A DNA stretch of 64,000 bases from Candidatus Bathyarchaeota archaeon (GTDB lineage: Archaea > Thermoproteota > Bathyarchaeia > Bathyarchaeales > Bathycorpusculaceae): positions 352,001 to 416,000 of the forward strand of contig CAVYXJ010000007.1 in the NCBI GenBank assembly GCA_963772455.1, given 5' to 3'. Positions within the stretch are counted from its first letter, which is position 1. The number at the start of each line of letters is the position of its first letter. A program made the translations under genes and the position numbers. Below the pieces are notes generated by a model, which did no database searches, was not told the origin of the DNA, and saw only the letters and a list, made by a program, of their open reading frames with translations. Of this stretch, positions 59,595-64,000 are shown piece by piece.

Positions 59595-59969
59595 TTAAGA
59601 CTGAAGCAGCAAAATAGCTTTTGCCAAATCGCCATCGGCTTCTTGAAGCGCTTCCTTGGCTTTCTCAAGGCTCTTACCTGTTTGGTCAGCGACTAACTGC
59701 ACATCTTCTTCAGAGAACGCTGGTTTCGCTGCTGCAGAGGCGCCTCGTTGTGTTGGAGATTGTTCAGAAACTTGTCCGCCGATAACTTGGTACATTTTTT
59801 GTCCCTGAACCTGCAAAATGGCCACTTCAGGCTCATCGATAACTATGTCTTTTTCTGAAGTCCTAATGATGACTTGCTGAACATCAGCAACTGAGTCCAT
59901 GTTCATGCCCATTCGCTGCATCATACGTTTCTGCTCTCGGGAATTCATACGCTTATGCATAGATTTCAC
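59595..59969 (-). CDS. nac: Nascent polypeptide-associated complex protein
   Basis: RMMQRMGM, VIIRT, YQVIG, EDVQLVADQTG...GDLAKAILLL. Confidence 0.93.
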   Translation of the reverse strand: MKSMHKRMNSREQKRMMQRMGMNMDSVADVQQVIIRTSEKDIVIDEPEVAILQVQGQKMYQVIGGQVSEQSPTQRGASAAAKPAFSEEDVQLVADQTGKSLEKAKEALQEADGDLAKAILLLQS

Positions 59970-60060
59970 TTCACCAAGTATTCTGCACTAGAACTTGATA
60001 TACTTAACTTTATGTCAATGAATTAATTTAATCTGAAATCTAACGGAAAATTTTACAAAT

Positions 60061-60528
60061 TTAGCTTTCTTTTGCGCCGTGTCTGATTTTGACGGCTACG
60101 CCTGTTTTGAAAGCTTTCATTTCTTCGCTCGAAAGCATTGTGCGTCCTACTGCCAGAACTATCCCGTCTTCGTCGATGGCGATAACCTCATCTTTGGCGC
60201 CAACTTCTGGATCGACCTTAACTACGTGTACTGCGAAGACGTCTCCTCCAGCGGCGATAAACTTTGAAACATCATTTTTAACTGTTACAAAACATTTGGC
60301 AAAGGGTGTTTTCTGTGCCATTGTTTGTGCAGCTTTTAGGCTAAGCGAAAGAACCCCGTCAGTGGGACGTAAAGTAGCAAGTCGCTCACCATCCAGGGTA
60401 ATGAACCGTATACGACCTGTTCGCGGTGAATACTGGATCTCAATGTTATCAGGAAAAAGCTGTACACCTACACCTTTTCCAAATTGGTAGTCAGCTATAC
60501 TTCTTACTTTAGCCAGATTATTGGTCAT
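60061..60528 (-). CDS. Stand-alone TGT-C2/PUA domain protein (C-terminal part of archaeosine tRNA-guanine transglycosylase type)
   Basis: IADYQFG, SPRTGRIR, DVFAVHV, LAVGR, GVAVKIRHG. Confidence 0.85.
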   Translation of the reverse strand: MTNNLAKVRSIADYQFGKGVGVQLFPDNIEIQYSPRTGRIRFITLDGERLATLRPTDGVLSLSLKAAQTMAQKTPFAKCFVTVKNDVSKFIAAGGDVFAVHVVKVDPEVGAKDEVIAIDEDGIVLAVGRTMLSSEEMKAFKTGVAVKIRHGAKES

Positions 60529-60611
60529 GAATGTTCACGCTTGAAGCTATTTTTGTTTCGACAAGTATAAACATAACAAGATTATAAAGACAGTTAAAAG
60601 GTGAATGTTTC

Positions 60612-61163
60612 TTGAGATGTGAAGTTTGTGGACGTAAAATACACGATGAACCAGTAAGGGCAGTTATTGAAGGAGCCAAATTAACCGTTTGTGTTGAATG
60701 CTCTAAGCATGGAAAAATAATTTTGCATGAAGAAGCATTCTTACCACTACCACAAAAAACTTCGTCGGGAACTGTCCTTAAGCCTGGAAAGCCTGTTCCG
60801 TTGGTTCAGCGAAGAAGATCAGATATTCCTCAAGTTGCTCTAACCAAGGAACTCACCGATGATTACGCTAACAAAATAAGAGTTGCAAGAGAAAAACTTC
60901 TACTCAGTCATGAGGAATTGGGCTTAAAAATTAATGAAAAAGCCTCAGTACTAAGACATATTGAAACGGGAAAGATGGCGCCTGACAATCTTTTAGCTTC
61001 AAAACTTGAGCATATGCTTAGAATCCAGTTGTTGGTTAATGTTTCCAATGAAAAATCTACAACTCAGGTTCATAAAGCGGCTACTGAAGAGTTAACTTTA
61101 GGTGACCTCGTCGAAATGAATGAGAAAAGTGGGGAGGCACCCTCTAAACGAAAGCAATCATAG
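60612..61163 (+). CDS. mbf1: Archaeal multiprotein bridging factor aMBF1
   Basis: CEVCG...IEGAKLTVCVEC Zn ribbon; IRVARE...IETGKMAP HTH; LTLGD. Confidence 0.93.
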   Translation: MRCEVCGRKIHDEPVRAVIEGAKLTVCVECSKHGKIILHEEAFLPLPQKTSSGTVLKPGKPVPLVQRRRSDIPQVALTKELTDDYANKIRVAREKLLLSHEELGLKINEKASVLRHIETGKMAPDNLLASKLEHMLRIQLLVNVSNEKSTTQVHKAATEELTLGDLVEMNEKSGEAPSKRKQS

Positions 61164-62416
61164 CTCAGCGTAGGCTGAACCGTGAACCATCCACTTTGGA
61201 TGAGCTTAAAGCGTTAGCGCAAGCCGCTGGTTACATTGTAGTCGGTACGATGGAGCAAACAAGACCGCCCGACTCACGCTACCAGATCGGTGCGGGCAAA
61301 GTTGAGGAACTCGCCCGAATGGTTGAAGAAACAGGCGCAGATAAAATAATTTTTGACAACGTCCTCCGAACAATGCAAGTATACAATCTAGCAAAGGCAA
61401 CTAAAGTTGAAGTTATCGATCGATTCCAACTTATATTGGAAATCTTTACTAGACGAGCCACGACAACTGAAGCCCAACTACAAATTCAACTTGCATTAGT
61501 ACGACATGAACTCAAACATGCAAGAGAAAAAGTCAGATTGTCAAAAGGTAGCGAGCAACCTGGCTTTATGGGTCTTGGCGCTTATGAAGGAGACGTTTAC
61601 CGAGATGCCATTAAACGACAAGTTCAAACAATCCTCAAAAAACTTGAGAGAGTACGTGAAAAGAGGGTTCTGCAACGTGAAAGAAGAACGGAACTTGGTT
61701 TTCTCACAGTATCGCTTGCAGGATATACGAATTCGGGAAAAAGCTCCCTATTCAACGCTTTAACGGAAGACACCGTTGAAGTGGACAATGCATTATTCAC
61801 GACGCTTTCAACCACGACTCGTATGATAGAGTTTTCTAACCGCAAATTCCTCATAACCGACACTGTTGGCTTCATCGATCGCTTACCCATATCACTCATT
61901 GAAGCTTTCCATTCAACACTTGAAGAAACCATCTTTTCTGATCTGATAATAATTCTATTAGACTTAAATGAGCCCTTAGAAACAATCAAGAAGAAAAACA
62001 ACGTTTGCTTAGAAACAATTGAGCGTCTTGGAGCATGCGCGATACCTACGATAACTGCACTTAACAAAATTGACAAACTAACTGAAGAGGAAAGTCTGCA
62101 AAAACTTGAAGCCCTCAAAGATGAAGTAAAAAACCCAATTTTGGTTTCAGCAAAATGCCAAACTAATCTTGACGATCTTCGAAAACAAATTTTGCGAATT
62201 TTGGAAAATTATCAGCAAGCCCAGTTTTCTGTGCCATTAACTGGAAAGGCTATGCCGTTTATATCGTGGGTTCATGGAAAAACCCATATTGAAAAAGAGA
62301 CCTTCACAAATGAAACAGTTGAGGTGTGTTTTGAATCTACTCCTTCGCTGGTTGAGCAAGTAAGAAGAAAAGTGGAAGAATTAAATGGAAAATTCCAAAT
62401 CATCCCCCAAAAGTAA
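61151..62416 (+). CDS. hflX: GTPase HflX
   Basis: IGAGKVEE, IDRFQLILEIF, AGYTNSGKSS, LFTTL, TDTVGFI, NKID. Frame is open from 61148 (TKAIIAQRR...); first canonical start is TTG 61196. Confidence 0.95.
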   Translation, partial: KAIIAQRRLNREPSTLDELKALAQAAGYIVVGTMEQTRPPDSRYQIGAGKVEELARMVEETGADKIIFDNVLRTMQVYNLAKATKVEVIDRFQLILEIFTRRATTTEAQLQIQLALVRHELKHAREKVRLSKGSEQPGFMGLGAYEGDVYRDAIKRQVQTILKKLERVREKRVLQRERRTELGFLTVSLAGYTNSGKSSLFNALTEDTVEVDNALFTTLSTTTRMIEFSNRKFLITDTVGFIDRLPISLIEAFHSTLEETIFSDLIIILLDLNEPLETIKKKNNVCLETIERLGACAIPTITALNKIDKLTEEESLQKLEALKDEVKNPILVSAKCQTNLDDLRKQILRILENYQQAQFSVPLTGKAMPFISWVHGKTHIEKETFTNETVEVCFESTPSLVEQVRRKVEELNGKFQIIPQK

Positions 62417-62972
62417 TGAACCTAAGATTGTGGTGTTGCGATGGGGACATCGACCACAACGAGATGTGAGGTTAACTACTCATGTTGCCTTAACGGCTAG
62501 GGCACTTTGTGCTTCAGGCTTTATACTATCCGACACACTTGATGTTCACATTCAAGAAACGATAAATAAAATCACTCAGAGTTGGGGTGGAAACTTTTAT
62601 TTTGAAATGGGTACTTCTTGGAAAAAAGTCGTTCGCGAATGGAGAGACAACGGCGGAGTTATAGTGCATTTAACGGCTTATGGCGAAAACATTCAGACAA
62701 GCGACATATTAGACCGAATAAAAAAAACAAACAAAGACCTTTTACTAATCGTTGGAGCTCAAAAAGTTCCTGGCGAGTTTTATTCAAGCGAAGTCTCAGA
62801 TTTCAACATATCAATTGGAAACCAACCACATTCAGAATGCTCTGCCCTCGCAATTTTTTTGGATCGTTACTTTGAAGGTAAAGAATTAGCCAAATCTTTC
62901 GTGAAAGCTAAAATCGAGATTGTTCCCAAAGAGCGGGGTAAAGAAATAAAGAGCAACATTGATTTTCCTTAA
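62385..62972 (+). CDS. trm56: tRNA (cytidine-56-2'-O)-methyltransferase
   Basis: LRWGHRPQRDVRLTTHVALTARA, VHLTAYG, GAQKVP, NQPHSE. Confidence 0.95.
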   Translation: MENSKSSPKSNEPKIVVLRWGHRPQRDVRLTTHVALTARALCASGFILSDTLDVHIQETINKITQSWGGNFYFEMGTSWKKVVREWRDNGGVIVHLTAYGENIQTSDILDRIKKTNKDLLLIVGAQKVPGEFYSSEVSDFNISIGNQPHSECSALAIFLDRYFEGKELAKSFVKAKIEIVPKERGKEIKSNIDFP

Positions 62973-63038
62973 TGTATTGGGAAGGGTTTTATTACCTCAT
63001 GTATCAATATTAGGGGTATTAAAAAGGGACATTAGAGC

Positions 63039-63551
63039 ATGTTATCAACAATTGATGATTCAACTTTAACAAAAGTGGCGATAGCGTTAGGTGGAGAAGA
63101 AGCGGTTCAACTTATAGCTCATTTGAAAGGCGTAGAAGAAATAACTGATGACGAAATTGCCAATAAGACGGGCATTCGACTTAATTCAGTGCGCAAAATC
63201 CTCTACAAACTCTATGATCATTCTCTTGTAAGCCTTCGAAGGACAAGGGATCCAAAAACTGGATGGTTTATTTTTCATTGGAAACTTCAACCAGATCAAT
63301 TGGAAGGTTTTATTTTAAGCCAGAAGAGACGTGTTTTAGAAAAACTTAATGTTCGTTTAGAATACGAAAGAAACCATGACTTCTATTATTGCGATAGCCC
63401 TGAATGTAAGCGGGTTCCTTTCGAAGAAGCGGTTGAATTGGTCTTCCACTGTTCTACATGCGGCAAGTCACTAGTTCATTTTGCAAACGAAAGAATGATA
63501 GACAAGCTTTCAGGAAAAGTTGAGATCTTAAGGAAGGAACTGGGTGAGTAG
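63039..63551 (+). CDS. tfe: Transcription initiation factor E (TFE alpha)
   Basis: TDDEIA..LNSVRKILYKLY, RDPKTGWF, Zn ribbon C..C/FHCSTCG. Confidence 0.94.
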   Translation: MLSTIDDSTLTKVAIALGGEEAVQLIAHLKGVEEITDDEIANKTGIRLNSVRKILYKLYDHSLVSLRRTRDPKTGWFIFHWKLQPDQLEGFILSQKRRVLEKLNVRLEYERNHDFYYCDSPECKRVPFEEAVELVFHCSTCGKSLVHFANERMIDKLSGKVEILRKELGE

Positions 63552-64000
63552 CGAGCTTCCGAATAGGGAGCAAGCATTAGGACTCCTCCTCAAGTACAAA
63601 TGTTCACCACAAGTCATTAACCACTGCATAGCTGTTGCAGATCTTGCTGTGGAAACTGCGGGCAAACTTGAAGAAAAAGGATTTAAAATTAATATTAAAC
63701 TTGTTGAGGCAGGTGCACTTTTGCATGACCTTGGACGTTCACAAACTCATACTATCGACCATGCAATTGCAGGTGCCAAAATCGCTCAATCCATAGGGTT
63801 ACCTGAAAATGTCATCAGGATTATCAAGCGGCATGTTGGCGCCGGAATAACAGCCCAAGAAGCACAGATGTTGGGTTGGCCAAAAGATGTTTACGCTCCT
63901 CAGACACTAGAAGAGAAAATTGTTTCCTTCTCCGACAAATTAATTGACAAATCGCGAAGAATGCCGATTGAGACGGAAATTGAAAGGCTGCAAATTAAGA
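63544..64000 (+). CDS. HD-domain protein (TIGR00295-like), truncated by window end
   Basis: Hand translation from GTG 63544: VINHC..., LLHDLGRSQTHTIDHAIAGA, IIKRHVGAGI, EEKIVSFSDK. Confidence 0.88.
   Translation, partial: MSSELPNREQALGLLLKYKCSPQVINHCIAVADLAVETAGKLEEKGFKINIKLVEAGALLHDLGRSQTHTIDHAIAGAKIAQSIGLPENVIRIIKRHVGAGITAQEAQMLGWPKDVYAPQTLEEKIVSFSDKLIDKSRRMPIETEIERLQIK

Noticed and set aside
211-62875. Numerous antisense or alternative-frame ORFs in the track (e.g. 10742..11230, 30804..31259, 61624..62118)
   Set aside because: Shadows of well-supported genes with no motifs of their own.
1-64000. CRISPR array, transposase, integrase, prophage or defence genes
   Set aside because: No regularly spaced repeats or recognisable motifs found by reading.

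Overview
Archaeal chromosomal window, AT-rich and densely coding. The gene set points to the TACK group, most likely Bathyarchaeia (inference from TFE, NAC, MBF1, Trm56, archease/RtcB, archaeal-type ProRS/ThrRS, arcadin-1 and PQQ-propeller/NosD-type surface proteins). It holds about 70 CDS, tRNA-Gly(TCC), tRNA-Arg(CCG) and a fluoride riboswitch ahead of crcB. Other content: a dispersed glycogen/gluconeogenesis gene set (GH57-DUF5752, three GT4, wHTH-DUF5752, class I GAPDH, PGK, GlpX, DUF2090 aldolase), an iron/redox-stress locus, and a small decayed island behind tRNA-Arg. No CRISPR array, integrase or transposase was seen. The lead candidate for an undescribed system is the mbf1/hflX junction (61131-61202). 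The conserved-looking HflX N-terminus has no canonical start. It is entered in the -1 frame at A-CGA-AAG, 11 nt after an internal GGAGG, which matches a known -1 frameshift signal and would give an MBF1-HflX fusion. The main caveat is that four other genes (AOR, adk, ilvE, thrS) carry six single-base insertions that look like assembly errors, so the junction must be checked against reads and homologues. All family assignments come from motif recognition; no database search was run.
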